A DNA stretch of 64,000 nt from Eledone cirrhosa (taxonomy: Eukaryota): contig OZ024764.1 in the NCBI GenBank assembly GCA_964016885.1, forward strand, positions 21,142,001-21,206,000, written 5' to 3'. The position numbers and the translations under genes are program-made. Position 1 is the first letter of the stretch, and each line of letters opens with the position of its first letter. This document shows, one piece after another, positions 36,492 to 51,200 of the stretch. The notes under the pieces are model-generated. The model ran no database searches, was not told the origin of the DNA, and saw nothing but the letters and a program-made list of their open reading frames with translations.

Positions 36492-37793
36492 ATCTCCTAC
36501 TAAAAGATATCAATCAGTTTCTCACATAATTCACAGCTTAATACTGAGAAATTTAGTTATATTACCAAATCACTTCAAAGTGTTGAGTGTTTTCAGAATT
36601 ATTTGAAAATGATGGTTAGTGTCTTTCATTAGAAATGGTTAATGTTGAGGATATGTCTGATGTAACGTGCTCTTTAATGGCAATGTCCTCTGGTATTCTG
36701 AAATAATAAAAGAACATTATAAGATACTGAGAAACTTGTAATACATCAGTACAAATTTCATATAATATTTCTATATTGATAAATGGACTGTAATAAATAC
36801 TAAGGCCTTCCTTGGTGAAGAATGTGCTGACTAACATAGGTTAGTTATTAGTGGCAGTAGATTAAACTGACTGATAAAAGTAGTTATTAGTGGCAGTAGA
36901 TTATACTGACAGATAAAAGTAGTTATTAGTGACTTTAGATTAACCCTTTAGTATTCACATTACTCTATATTTACTATTATATTTTCACAGTAAATGCTTT
37001 ATCTCTCATAATGTCAAATCTGAGATTTTGATGTTATTTATTTTGAGAACAATACCTTAACATAAGTATAAATGACCAGTTACAGCCAGTTTGAACAGAA
37101 AAATGTGGGAGAATTCTGGCCAGATATGGCCAGTTTATATACTAAAGGGTTAAGGAAATTAGGTGTAGAAGAATGGCTTGTTAGAAGCTGTCAGTAAAGT
37201 GTTTTTAGTGAGGAATTGAAGGTACAGGTAGGAGTTCATCATGGTTTAGTTCTTAGCCCACTGTTGTTCATCATAGTTCTCCAAGCCATAACAGAGAGGT
37301 TTAAGACTGGTTGTCTATGGAAACTTCTCTATGTAGATGACCAGCTATAGATATAGAATTTGAAATGGTAAGTTCTGAGAATATACTTAGCCAAAACTAA
37401 AGTGCTAATGGATAGGAGAGAAGACCCTGACACCTTCAGGAAAGTGGCCCGGCTCCATATGTAGAAAAAGAATAAGTAGAGATAACCACAATGACAGAGA
37501 CCTAGTTATAATAGCAGGGGACTTCAATGGTCATGTTGGACAGCTCCAGGATGGATACACTGGGGTACATGGTGGTCATGGTTATGGCTCAAGAAACGAA
37601 GAAGGAGTGAGGCTTCTTGTATTTTGTGATGCAAGTGAACTAATCATTTGCAACACTTCAAGAAACCTACCAACCACCTAATAACCTACCAATCAGGTGA
37701 GCACATGAGACAGATTGACTTCTTGCTAGTTAGGGAGTAAGACAGATAGATGGTGTCAAATACTAAGGCATACCCCAGGGAACAAAGTAGAGG

Positions 37794-38151
37794 GAAACAA
37801 CTAGATTTGTAGATAAAGAAGTGGGAGACAGGATTATCAGAGTTAAGAAGAGCTACACACTTCTCCAGATGGCTGGGAAATAATTATCTTTCCTTAATTT
37901 TATTTCTAGACCTCTTAGATGTTTGCAATCGACTATTCTTACTGAAAACGGAAACCCTAATCCTAATACTGGGAAATTAAACGTCTATCGCAAGTATCTA
38001 AGGGGTCCAGAGAAAAAGTACTGGAAAAGGGGTATAGCAAGAATTCTAAGAAAAATAATTATTCTCACCCAACGTGAGGTGTGAGTAGATCTGTGAAACT
38101 ACATCTCTTTGTATACTTTCACCCTACTTTTTCTACAAATCTAGTCGTTTC
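37794..38151. mobile_element. Foldback MITE (duplicate of 10424-10781); truncated copies at 23027-23050 and 60159-60385
   Basis: GGAAACAACTAGATTTGTAGA...TCTACAAATCTAGTCGTTTC. Confidence 0.78.
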
Positions 38152-38403
38152 AGTGAGGGTACCTGGTTATTTCAGCACCGTAGCCTCAACTTACTGAGGT
38201 GTCAGGTGATATCCGTAAGAGTACCTGGTTATCTCAGCACCTTAGCCTCACCTTAATGAGGTGTTAGGTGATACCCGTGAGGGTACCTGGTTATTTCAGC
38301 ACCTTAGCCTCACCATCACCTGTTGTAATGCTGCCAGTGTGTTGGCTTGCCTCAAAGTGTGTAGTTAACCCCTAGGGTGTGAGGTGTGGCCTATTATCAC
38401 ACT

Positions 38404-41400
38404 GTAAATTCAATTTATTCACATTTATAATAACATATATAATGACACAATGCTTAGAGGAAAGTCATAGAATCACTTATATCAACACAAGTGGATAAGT
38501 TCCTTCAGAATGAAAATATAAACAGAGCATATAAATAAATTTACAGTAGAATAACATAAGAAATATGTTTTAAATATATAAATAACATTACAAATGCCTC
38601 GGTAACACTATAAAGGATGATACAATGAAAGATAAATTCCTTCAATGTTGCAATATTAAAGAAAATGTAAAGGAAGGGGTGGACAACGGAGCCAACACCA
38701 GAGCAAAAGACAGCAACGAGGGGTACTGGGAAACCTCTCTAATGAGTTTTGAGGCAAGCCAGCACACTGGCAGTGTTACCTCGGGTGATAGCGAGGCTGA
38801 GGTGCTGGAACAGCCAAGCGCCCTCGCGATTTCGCCAGTTACCTCTATAAGGCGAGCCGCCAGTGAGGAAAGGAACCTCGCAGTCAGCGGCCCGACTCCC
38901 CCAAACGTCTTGAAAGCCACAGGCTGAAAAATGTAGCTGGTCGACAGATCAGAGTATTTGAGGGTCTTACTCCGCTCGGCTGCCGAAGCTGTGGCTCTCG
39001 TCCTTACCGCAGCATCAAGGATGTGGGAAAGAGCAAAGGAGTCACTAACAGTGACGTCCCAGATTAGGCACCTGCCTCTCGACCAGGGGCACAGGGTAAG
39101 GCCGTCAGGTCTTTTGCCGTCACTTCTGGACAACCCAGATGGTTCCAAGACCGAGGGGATGTTTGCCCGGGCCAAAGCTCTCTTCAGAATAAAGTTTAGC
39201 TCCGTGTGACGGGCGAAGTGGCCGGCATTCAGGCGGCAAGAAAGACCGTGGAGGCCTGTGGAGTCGAGGAGTTAGCCACATCTCAAACCCATGCAGACGT
39301 CAGCTCCCACTCTGAGGGTGATGGAGACACGAAGTTCATCCAGGCTGAGTAGGCCTCCAACGTTGGCCACGGGTAAGGCATCGACCCAGTCACCGGAGTA
39401 TTTGGCACTAGCAGATGGTAAGCGGCACCTTGTAAACTGATCTGAGAGGACGAAGAGGGAGTCGAAGGTGGCATTCCAACGTATCCTGTCCCAAGTTCTC
39501 TGACTTCGACTGTCCTCCACCTTCTCAGGAAGAGACAAGCCCAACTCACTCCATTGCTGGAGAGCTTCACACAACTCCCTGTTGGAACTAGTCCATGTTG
39601 GAGAGGAGAGGATGCTGCAAGCTTGGGTGGAGGAAAGGAAGCAGGGCAGAGAGAGGGACGAACACTTACTAACATTGACCAGACACTCGAGTCTCTCGAA
39701 GATTAGGTCGTCGAAGTGTTGGAGGCAGGATGGAAATCTGTGAGAGGGGCTGACCCTGAGCAGATACAGAAGCTTAGGAATAGACAGGTAGTTCCTGAGT
39801 AAGAAGAAACCTTGATGGGGTTCGATATCTTCAATATTCCTCAGCAGCTGCTCAAGGCCAACCATCTTCGATTGGATGGTTGACCCGAAGGCCAGGTCTG
39901 TGATTGGGGCTCCTAAGGAGCACCAAGCCGACGGGGGAGGGACCGTGATGGAAGGGAAGGACTCTGCGAACAGGTCGATCAGCTGTTGGTGTTAAGAAGC
40001 CGGGTGGTTGAGGATCCAGAGCTCACATTTGGAGCTATTGATCTGGAGACCCCGGCGCCAAGCTCCTCCACCATCCTGTTGGCAGTGGCGAGAACCATAT
40101 CCGGAGTTCCCCCCAAACAGGCGTCGTCGAGCTGACAGACATTGAGGTCCAACTCAGCCCCCATCTTGGTGACGTCATCAATGTCCAGTGCGGGGGGGGG
40201 GGGGGGAGTACCGCGTGGGTCACCCTGTTGGACTCCTAAGGCAGAGGTGATGATCTGGTCACTGAAAGAGAGGTAGGAGGGCTCCCGATAAGCCTGCCAA
40301 GCAAAGTGGTAGAGTTGTGGGACCCTCTCTCTTACTGAGCCGAGGACGATGTTACGGCTGACGGAGTTGAAGGCATTCCTGAGGTCAAGTTTGAGGATGA
40401 CCTTGGGGGATGAGGAGGGCAAGTTGGCAAATGCTCTGGCAGCGTGGACAGCAGCCACACATCCCAACCTGGTACCCACCCACAGCTGGATGGGGGAAAA
40501 TTCCTCCGCCAGTGGGTTGGAGACCAACACCAATCACGCCTTTGCAGTGAGGCGGCGAGGTGTGCAGCCAACCGCAATGCGGCGCAGGTCCCCGTTGGGC
40601 TTGGTGAGACCAAATAGCTTCGCACCGAAGAACAGTGGGCGGATGAACGGGAGAACGTTCACTGATTCACAAACTGAGTCAGACTCTCCAAGAGCTCGAG
40701 TCCGGCATCACCGGCCGATAAGGAGATACCATCCTTGAGATGTTGAGGACGAAGGACGTCAATTCCCGTGCCTGACCCAGCGGGGAAGGATGAAATCGCC
40801 TTTCTGATGATATTGGTGGTGTAAACCGGTCTCAAGTATTCTGGTGGTTCGGGCCAGTGTTGCTGATCATCTGGGGGTGCTTCTCTTTCAGACGCTCACG
40901 AGAGTCAGAATTGCATGGAGCAAGGGAGGACAGCCCCTTTAATGTCAAATTCGCTGAATTTGGCATTGACGGCTCGCTCGAGGTCTACCGGTTGTCTGTT
41001 GGTGGACACCGAGCTCGGAGACGAACTGAGATGAGACGTGGTTGGGGTGGACTCAAAGAGCTGGAACTGCCGCTTGAGAGAGGACTTGAGGGAACCCGAG
41101 TTCGCATTGTGCACGTGAAGAGAGATGAGGGGAAACAAAAACAATTTCTGCCAGACTATTGTTGGACGAGCAAACGTTTTTCAGTAAATTAGAGAGGGCA
41201 CCTGCAAAGCTGTTCCGAGCTCCCTTAAGGGTCCGGTTAACGAGCTTTGATTTGGAGAAGCCCTGGGGGGACTGTGGAAAGTCGTCGGTAGAGTGTTGGT
41301 CATCCCCACGGAATAGTCAGAGCTGAAGTGGCACCGATGACAGGTCCAGTGTTGAAGCCTTTCAGCTTGAGCTTTGGTGATGCCGACACAGCTTCTGTGG

Positions 41401-42682
41401 TAGCTTGTGTGGCATAGGTGACTTAATTGTCTTTAAGTACTGGTTAGTGCGGGCACAGAGGGCGCAATCAGGTGGCGGGCTGGCAACAGCCGGCAGTAGA
41501 GGGCCAGCGTTGGAATTCGCTGAAGGGAGTGAGTCAGTAAAGGAGAAAACAGTGGTTCTAACGGTGGGACTAAAGCGGGGGTTGGGTGGTGAGCTAACAG
41601 TTGTAGGGGTGGTGTGGTTGGCCGGGTTGGATTCGTTCGGAATCTGCCGTGAAGGAGAGGAGGGGTAGGTGGGGGCAAGTTAGCTCCTCTCGTGCATGCT
41701 GCGTTGGTGGAGAATGAGAGGTCGAAGGCTGACCGGTTGTCACATTAGTCGTTCCACCAAGCAGGTCTCTTGGTAGTTCGACGCATGCCACCGCCACCTA
41801 GAGTGGACTAGGTTAAAGTGGTGGCAACTTTAGCAATCGGCAATCGCCGGTAATAGTTCGGTCGAAACATCGGGCCACCGGCGGGTTGAACGAATACCTA
41901 GGTGGGCTGTGCGCGAGGAGGAAGTAAGGGTTGAGCAAGGGGAGGGATGGAAGGTGTAGAAGGAGTGAGAAGATGATGAGTGCGTGGAGAGGAGTGTGGT
42001 CATGTGAGAGGCAGGTAAATAGTGGGAGAGAAAGAGCACTGAACATGCAAAGAGAAGGAAAATAAAAACGCTAGAAATACAAAATCTAAGGCTGTGAGTT
42101 TGTGTAATAGTTCGCATGGGTAAATCCGCAGTAAAAACCGAAATTGTGAGTTTGTGTAAAAAAGAAAAAAAAAAAAAAACATGGGCAAGACTTAAGTAAA
42201 ATCAAAACCTGAATGATAGTGATACAAGATGTTTACAATTACGGAGTGATTACATTACTGGACCTGAATTCTATCAAGTGGTCAAAGCTTCTAATTCTGT
42301 GAAATAGAATGGAAGTATGGATTGACCTTTCAGTCACACCTGACTATAAATAGATTCAGGTTATTTCAAGAGGGTGATGGAATGGTTCCTCGCCATTTAT
42401 AATTATTTATATTTTATATTTGGGGGGTTTGATTTTGAAAAATTGTAAGTGTATGTTAAGGAGGAAAGTATAATTGTGTGATACAATTGCTCCAGGTTGG
42501 TTCCCTACGTTGTTGCCACAAACAATTCTTTTTTCCTCCGAACATCTGTTATTCCTCTCCGTAGATTATAAATGGTAAAATCCGTTCGATCCAACCGAAT
42601 GGAAAATCCAGTTCCTTGAAGAATATTTTGAGTTGTCTCGGACAAAGCAAAAAAAGGGGAAAGTTGAAAATGTTTACCTCGT
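38404..42682 (-). mobile_element. Near full-length degenerate CRE-like (RT plus REL endonuclease) non-LTR retrotransposon
   Basis: RT: QLWVGTRLGCVAAVHAAR, LKLDLRNAFNSV, GVQQGDP, QLDD. Zinc-knuckle region HGLSCRLNAGHFARH; KRPDG...WDVTV. 3' end AATAAATTGAATTTACA. Inserted into tcacac|ttggtggtc (empty at ~11074 and ~60619). Confidence 0.85.
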
Positions 42683-43143
42683 TTGGTGGTCAATTGCCAT
42701 CTCCCACTGTGTTTTTCTTTCCTTTATCATTATTGTTCAATAAATTATATTATTATACACAGTTTAGACAATATATTTGTAATGTCTTTCTCAAGGAATT
42801 GCCAGCAATTTATAATGTTATTTACACACTTATGTTATTTATGTATATATTTAAAACATATTCACAACGTTATTCTACTGTAAATTTATACAATTGTAAT
42901 AAAATATATTAATTATATCATCACATAATATAAAAACGACCTTTAGAATATTTAAATATTTAGTTTTCTTAATTTATTTTTCAGCAACAACAAAAGTTTT
43001 CACTTTAATTAATTAGAGGTAGGTAAAATATAGATAATTACGATAACATTTTATATTTCCAGTAATGAAACAAACAAGAAAATATATATTTGTGATGTGA
43101 AAAGTGAGCTTAAATCTACAATATTAATAGACATAATACTTAC

Positions 43144-43285
43144 ATTATAGTCTCAGGTGTTTAGGATTTACAGAAATGTTGTCTAAACGTTGTTGTAGGA
43201 AGACTAACACGTGGACAGGAAGTCGACAACTGCACCACTGCGCATGCTTCAATGTCAAAGGTCAAGTTTTTTTGTGACGTAAAAT
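43144..43285 (-). promoter_or_regulatory. Putative exon 1/promoter of ZNF copy 3
   Basis: Donor at 43143; same motif cluster including TCAAAGGTCAAG. Confidence 0.55.
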
Positions 43286-44585
43286 ATTTTTACCGAATTA
43301 AATTATGTAAAGTTTGTAATAAAAAAATGAAGTTGAAAACAGTAAATGTAATTAAAATAGAGAAAGTAAGGTGTTGGTGATGAAGAATGGACGGTAGACG
43401 TTTCACCTCAGTCTAGGTAGTGTATTTTACCTGTGTCACTCGGACAATAGCCAGCGATGACCACTACACCAACCACTCTCTCCTTCAGATGGTGTCCACT
43501 TTCGTGAGTCTGTAGAATAACAGGTTAGTTGGAAGACAGAGGACAGCAGAGGAGGTCTTGACTTGAAAAGAGTATCACTTGATACCTCGATATAACCTGT
43601 TGGTAGAAATAGTAGGGTGCTGGATCAATCGAGTACCCTGACATAGATCACCGGGTATCTCGGTAAGATCGGGTCATATGGAGGCTAAACCGCCAGAACA
43701 GCTAAGTACCCTGACAAGAATCATCGGGTACTTCGGTAAAGCCAGCCGCCAACAGTGACAACAACTTCGTTGTCAGCAGCCCAGCTTCTCAAACATCACA
43801 GACTGGAATAAATACTTTGCCGATAATTACTGGTAGTTTTGCTTTTATTTCGTTCGTCTACAGAAGCAGTGACCCTCACTTTTACTACAGCATGTAGGAT
43901 GTGGGAGGGAGACGAAAACATCACTAACTGGGGTCTCACAAATGTGACAGTTAGTTTTGAAAATATATATACAAGATACAAGATAAATGACTAGACTGAA
44001 ATATATTTGATAGGGAATAAAGAGTAGAATATTCTAGTCTGTGGTGTTGGAGAAGTTTGGAGGAGATAGGTCCCTGACAACGAGGTTCTTGTTATCGTTG
44101 GCAGCTCTCCTTACCGAGGTGTCTGGTGATACATATGAGGGTGTTTGGTAGTTCCAACATCTTAGCCTTGCTATCACTCGAGGTAAGACTGTCTCAGAAA
44201 GTATTAGAGGGAGACTCCAGCACCCCATGTGATGTGAGACTGATTGACAGAGTGTTGACTTAATATTTTCATTTGTTGTGATTCTATGTGAAATATATCT
44301 CTATGTAAGTAACTTGGTTATGTGAATCATTGTGAATCTCGTAAATACTTAAACAGAAATCTACTTAGGACACAAAATAAAGTAGATTCCATTGTACAAA
44401 ATATCTAAAGAATGTATGTCAAAAAGAAGAGGGGGATGTAACGAGAGTTGTCTCCCATTACATATGTTTTATGTTTTACATTAGTAGAGGTTTAGATGTG
44501 TTTGTCTCTCTCTCGGTATAAACTACCATTTGCACTGCCTCTGTTTTTTGTTCCTGTCTAATATTTAACTATATATATATATATC

Positions 44586-44752
44586 TTGAGGTTGTGAGTT
44601 CGCTTCCTGGACCAGGCGATGCGTTATGTCCTTGAGCAAGACACTTTATTTCACGTTGTTCCTTCTACTTGGAGTTGCGACCGTTAGTACTAGCAATTGG
44701 AAAGACCAATGGAAACATTGCTTCCTTAGTCCGATTTGACGAAAGTCGATCG
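44586..44752 (+). mobile_element. tRNA-SINE fragment, opposite orientation to 12700-12906
   Basis: gttgtgagttcg...gcgttatgtccttgagcaagacactttatttcacgttg...gtcgatc. Confidence 0.75.
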
Positions 44753-44782
44753 TTCCTTCATATATATATAAATATACACACA

Positions 44783-46848
44783 CAGTGGTATCTTGACTTA
44801 TGAGTTTAATTTAATTTGTTCCGTGTAGGACCTCGTAACTTAAATTACTTGTATGTCAAATCAATTTTCCCCACTGATATAAAATAAAATGCCATTAATC
44901 CGTTCCAGACCCCGCAAAACCCACAGTTTGTTTTGTTACGTGTTTTTAAATAAGAAAAATGTACTTATAAATAACAAATATTGTATATAAAAAAACAATA
45001 CAATAGAATGTACTGCAACAAACTGGTTTTATTATGTATAATGTACAGCATCTATCTTGGAGATCAGCCGACTTGAGGATGTTGACGGAGGAGAAAAAGG
45101 ATGAACTGAATAACTGAATCTTATTCGCTGATTTTTGCCCTTTTCGCAACGCGTTCCTCACTTTTATCTGCAGGGATTTTCGATAAAAACCTGTCTAATG
45201 AGGTTTGTTTCATCTCACTTGTTGAGATAACCTCCTCTGTGTCACCTATTTCCTGCAAAAACTCCGTGTGTTGCTGTGTCTGTAGCTCCTTTAATTCCTT
45301 CGTTGTCAGTTCCTCGATGAGTCCGTTGATGTCACCTTCATCCATGTCCAGGCCCATGGACTTACCGAGGGGTACAATCTCCTCCACCACTGCCGCTTCG
45401 GGTTCGAGTCCTTCAAAGTCTGTTTTAGACACAACTTCAGGCCACAGCTTCTTCCATGTAGAGGTCAAGGTCCTCTTTGTAAGACCCTGCCATGTCATAT
45501 CGATAATTCTGAGGCATATCACGATGTTATAATGGTCCTTCCAGACCTCTCAAGGGTGAAGTTTGTGCTCTCCGTCACTTCAAAGCAGCGACTGAACAGG
45601 TGCTTGGTGAAGAGCTTCTTGAAATTAGAAAGTACCTGCTGGTCCTTGGGCTGTAGGATAGGGGTGGTGTTTGGTGAAAGGTAGAGGACCTTTATAAACT
45701 TGAACTCTTCGAGGGTGGGTGGGTGAGCAGGTGCATTATGTAGGACAAGAAGGGTTTTCAGGGGTAGGTTATTTTCCTGGAGATATTTTTTAACGTCAGG
45801 ACCAAAGACCAAATTCACCCACTCCACAAAGAACTACCTGGTGACCCATGACCTCGGGTTTGCCCTCCACAAAACCTGCAGTTTTTCTTTCAGAATCTTA
45901 TCTGACTTAAAGGTTCTGGAGTTTTCTGAATGATAAACGAGCAGCGGCTTAATCTTACAGTCACCGCTCGCATAGGCACAGTGCAGGGGTTAGCCTATCC
46001 TTCATGGGTTTGTGGCCAGGCATCCTCTTCTCCTCTGCCGTTATATAAGTCCTCCTTGGCATCTTCTTCCAAAAAAGTCCTGTTTCATCACAGTTAAAGA
46101 CTTGCTGAGGGATGTATCCTTCGGCTGCTATAATTCCGGCAAAGGTTTTGAGGTAATCCTCAGCTGCCTTCATATCCGCGCTCGCTGCCTCACCATGCCT
46201 GACAACGGAGTGAATGCCGGTCCTCTTTTTAAAATTTTCAAACCAACCCCGACTGGCATTAAAGGGCTTGCCGATGCCTCGTCCATAGAAGTACCTGGGA
46301 TCTGCTGCAGCAAATCAGCGTAAATAGCTCGTGCCTTCTCACATATTATAATCTTCATCACGGTATCTCTTGCGAGCTGCTTCTCCGTCAACCACACCAT
46401 CAGCAGCTTTTCCATATTTTCATGGATAGATGTCCGCTGTTTAGAAATTCTTTTACCACCCTTAGCTGGGGTTATAGTCTTTATCAAGTCCTTCTACTTC
46501 AGTATGGTACATATCATAGAAGTGCTACGCTCGTACTACTTCACCAAGTCCACTACACACACACCTTGGTCATGTTTTTCTATAATTTCTTTCTTTAATT
46601 CAATACACATCATCTGCTTCTTCTTCTCAGAACTGTCCTTCGCCCTCACTTTCTTCGAAGCCATGGGATGCCGGGCGGGTGTTACGGTATTGCCTGTGGC
46701 GGTCACTATGCCAACTAGTGGCGGGGCATCTGAAGCTGACTCGTAACCCGAATTTTACTCTGGAACTCAACGCAAAAAATCAGCCGAAAGAGGGCTCGTA
46801 TCTCGAAAAACTTATTAGTTGGGACACTTGTAAGTCAAGGTACCACTG
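44783..46848 (-). mobile_element. Tigger/pogo transposon (segmental duplicate of 27932-29950)
   Basis: TIRs cagtggtatcttgacttatgag / cttgtaagtcaaggtaccactg; shared frameshifts; DDE fragments (VFNCDETGLFWKK, LVLHNAPAH, PNTTPILQPKDQ). Confidence 0.9.
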
Positions 46849-49821
46849 AATATATATATATATATTTGTGTTTGTGTGTGTGTGTGTATATGTATATTAT
46901 GTATCTTCTGATTACTGAAGATGGTGCATTAGATTTCACTGTCAACACTGTAAAGAGGTTGTGTAGGTGTCATGACAAAAAGTACCCATTCCACATTGTA
47001 AAGTGGTCATGTAGGTGTCACGACAAAAAGTACCCAATCCACACTGTAAAGTGGTCACATTGGTGTCATGGCAAAAAGTACCCAGTCCACTCTGTAAAGT
47101 GGTACTGTAGGTGTCACGATAAAAAGTACCCAGTACTCACTGTAAAGTGGTAATGTAGGTGCCATGACAAAAAGTAAAAAAGTACCCAGCCCACACTGTG
47201 AAGTGGTCGAGTTGGTGAGATAGTAAAAAGTACCCAGTCCACCCTGTAAAGTGGTCACATAGGTGTCTCGATTAAAAGTACCCAGTACTCACTGTAAAGT
47301 GGTCGAGTTGGTGAGATAGTAAAAATCACCCAGTACTCAATGTAAATAAGGTTGGTGCTGGGAAGGGCATCCAGCTGTAGAAACAAAATCAAAATTGGTT
47401 CTGTAGGAGCCAGACGTGGTCACCTGACCTGGCATTGCTTACAACAGGATAACTCGTCTAACCCATGCCAGCGTGGAAAAACTGATGTAAAACAGTGATG
47501 ATGATATAACATTTGTTTAATAATGAATTCCAATCTCATTGTTAACAGCTATAGATGTCAGGATGTGAACCTTCTTACTGAAATATCTTCTCCATATTAG
47601 TGGCTGAAGAAGATTTAGAAAACTTTCACACAATAAACGTATATATATACACACACAATTTATTAAACAACACCACCAGCGCCCACTCTCTCACCACCAC
47701 TGTCTCTCCCTATATTTATGAAGGTACCCAGAAAACCCCGTATCTTGGGAACCTGTGCTCCAATTTATACAAATCTTGTTTTATTCTTTTCAAAGTATTT
47801 CCCCATTATGCACTGTTTTAGCTGTATTAAATTACGGACAAGACACAATCACAGAGTTTTAGTAGTATATAGATAATATAGCTTCAAATTAAAGTTAGTA
47901 AACGACAGTTTGGAGAAATCTGTAACATTTATTAAACATTGTTCAAGTTTGTCAATTCTATAGCACAATAGTTTGTTAGTTAAAGTGTTTAGTTAGATAT
48001 TCTACATATAAAGAGAGAATACTTTACCACAAATATTAGTGGTATAATGATTTTCCCATCTCTTCTGGAAAATATTCCTATGTTGATGTAAATATTTCTA
48101 TTGTTCATAATTTTACCAAATGTGATCTTTGTCAATATCCAAATATTTTGAAAACTCCTTTGTAAATATCCAAAGGGTTGGCACAAAAACCTAATTGAAG
48201 ACAGCAAGTTTGGCTTTTATGCCTACCTCCCTTCTTCTGATTACTGAATATTGGAGCTGGTGCATTACTGATATTTCACTGCCCACACTGCAAAGTGGTT
48301 GGGTAGGAGATATGACAAAAAGCACCCAACCCACACTGTAAAGAACACACAGTCAACATTATAAGGTGGTCATGTAGGTGATATGACAAAAAGAAACCAG
48401 CCCACACTGCAAAGAACACACAGTCAACATTATAAGGCGGTCATGTAGGTGATATGACAAAAAGAAACCAGCCCACACTGTAAAGAACACACAGTCAATA
48501 CTATAAACTGGTCATGTAGGTGACATGACAAAAAGAAACCAGCCCACACTGTAAAGCGGTTGCATAGGTGTCACGGCAAAAAGCACCCAGCCCACACTGT
48601 AAAGTGGTCATGTAGGTGACAACAAAAAGTACCCAGCCAAAACTTTAAAATGGTCATGTTGGTGTCACAACAAAAAGTACCCAGTCCACACTATAAAGTG
48701 GTCATGTTGGTGTCACAACAAAAAGTAACCAATGCACACTGTAAAGTGGTCATGTAGCTGTCACAACAAAAAGCACCCAGCCCACACTGTAAAGTGGTCG
48801 TGATGGTGAGATGGTAAAATGCACCCAGTACTCAATGTAAATAAGGTTGGTGCTAGGAAGGGCATCCAGCTGTAGAAACCAATCCAAAATTTGTTCTGTA
48901 GGAGCAACACGTGATCACCTGACCTGGCAATGCTTACAACAGGATAACTCGTCTAACCCATGCCAGCGTGAAAAAACTGATGTAAAACAGTGATGATGAT
49001 ATAACATTTGTTTAATAATGAATTTCAATCTCATTGTTAACAGCTATAGATGTCAGGATGTGAACCTTTTTACTGAAATATCTTCTCCATGTTAGTGGCT
49101 GAAGAAGATTTAGAAAACTTTCACACAATAACAGTATTCCCTAACTTCTCCCCTAAAAAATACAAGACAAGCAAGGCCAGACTTTTACCTACTGAAGCCC
49201 TAAGCTATATGAAGTTAGAGGTTCTTCTCTAAAAATATATAATTATCTTTTATATTAATGTTGGTGTGAGCCTCACGAGATGGAATGGCTCTTCCAGCAC
49301 ATCTAGAACAACATGACCCTCTAATATCTAGTATTTAGTAACAAACTAGACCACCCGGGACCTGTTGGGTCACGTTCCTTTATCACTATTTTTTAAAAGT
49401 CATTTAAAATAATTTTTAAACAGTTAAAATATACACATACGTATATATATATATATATATATATCATCATCATCATCACCGTTTTATGTCCGTTCTTCCA
49501 CGCTAGCATGGGTTAGACGAGTTGTCCTGTTGTGGGCAGCGTCTGGTCGGCTGACCATGTCTTGCTCATACAGGAACTGATTTGGCTTGATTTCTACAGC
49601 TGGATGCCCTTCCTAACACCAACCTCATTTACAGTGAGTGTTGGCTGCTTTTTCGTGGCGCCTACATGTCCACTTTACAGTGTGGGCTGGGTGCTTTTTT
49701 GCCGTGGCACCTCCACGACCACCTTGCGGTGGGAGGTGTGGGGGCATATTGTCTATATGCTTCATACGTGTATATATATATAGATACATATATATGCACA
49801 TACGTATATATATATAGATAC

Positions 49822-49853
<32 letters not shown>

Positions 49854-50759
49854 ATTTTAAACAACACCACCAGCTGCGACTCTCTCACCACCACTGTCTC
49901 GCTCTCTCCCTATATTTATGAAGGTACCCAGAAAACCCCGTATCTTGGGAACCTGTACTCCATTTTATACAAAAACTTGTTTTATTCCTTTCAAAGTATT
50001 TCCTCATTATGCACTGTTTTAGCTGTATTAAATTACAGACAAGACACAATCACAGAGTTTTAGTAGTATATAGATAATATAGCTTCAAATTAAAGTTAGT
50101 AAACGACAGTTTGGAGAAATCTGTAACATTTATTAAACATTCCTCAAGTTTGTCAATTCTATAGCACAATAGTTTGTTAGTTAAAGTGTTTAGTTAGCTG
50201 TTCTACATATAAAGAAGAGAGAATACTTTGCTACAAATATTACAGTGGTATAATGATTTTCCCATGTCTTCTGGAAAATATTCCTATGTTGATGTAAATA
50301 TTTCTATTGTTCATAATTTTACCAAATGTGATCTTTGTGAATATCCAAATATTTTGAAAACTCCTTTGTAAATATCCAAAGTTTAATCAGAATGTAAAAT
50401 CATCTTGTAAATATTCCAGACAGTGAAAAAGGAATATGTTGTTATTTATCTGTCAAGGTCATGTGATATTCTGAAATAGTAGAGAAACATTATTAAGATA
50501 TTTAGAAAATAGAGATACAACAGTGAAAACTTTACTACATCTCTATATTAATAGATATAAACCTTACATGGTGACACAAACACTGCAACACTAACTTACA
50601 GGAAACCATCTAGTTACTTGATCTAGTTACTTCAATCAGGTGAAGAGATAAACTAGATTGACTTCATTCTCATCAGAAAACAGGATAGACAGATGGTTGG
50701 GAATATTAACTCCTTTACTGGAGAAGGACGTACGACTCAACATAGACTAGATACTAGGT

Positions 50760-51200
50760 GTAATATCTAGAGGGACTGACAGATACAGGACTATCTGGAG
50801 ATAGAAGGGTTGGAGAGTAAAAGATCTCCCTGTTAAATATAAGATCTACAGGGATTGTGAGGGAGGTACAAGACGACCTAGAGAAAAGGGTAGGGCTAGT
50901 AAAAGATCTCCCTGTTAAATATAAGATCTAGAGGGACTGTGAAAGAGATACAAGACAATCTAGAGAAAAGGGTAGGGATAGTAAAAGATCTCCCTGTTAA
51001 ATATAAGATATATATAGGGACTGTGAGAGAGGTATAAGACAACCTAGAGAAAAGGGTAGAGACAGTAAAGAATCTCCCTGTTAAATATAAGATCTATAGG
51101 GACTGTGAGAGTGGTACAAAACTATCTAGAGAAAAGAGTAGGGATAGTAAAAGATCTCCCTCTTAAATATAAGATCTAGAGGGACTGTGAGAGTGGTACA
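50760..51200 (+). repeat. 82-bp minisatellite, ~5 units
   Basis: Same unit as 3100-3760. Confidence 0.9.
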
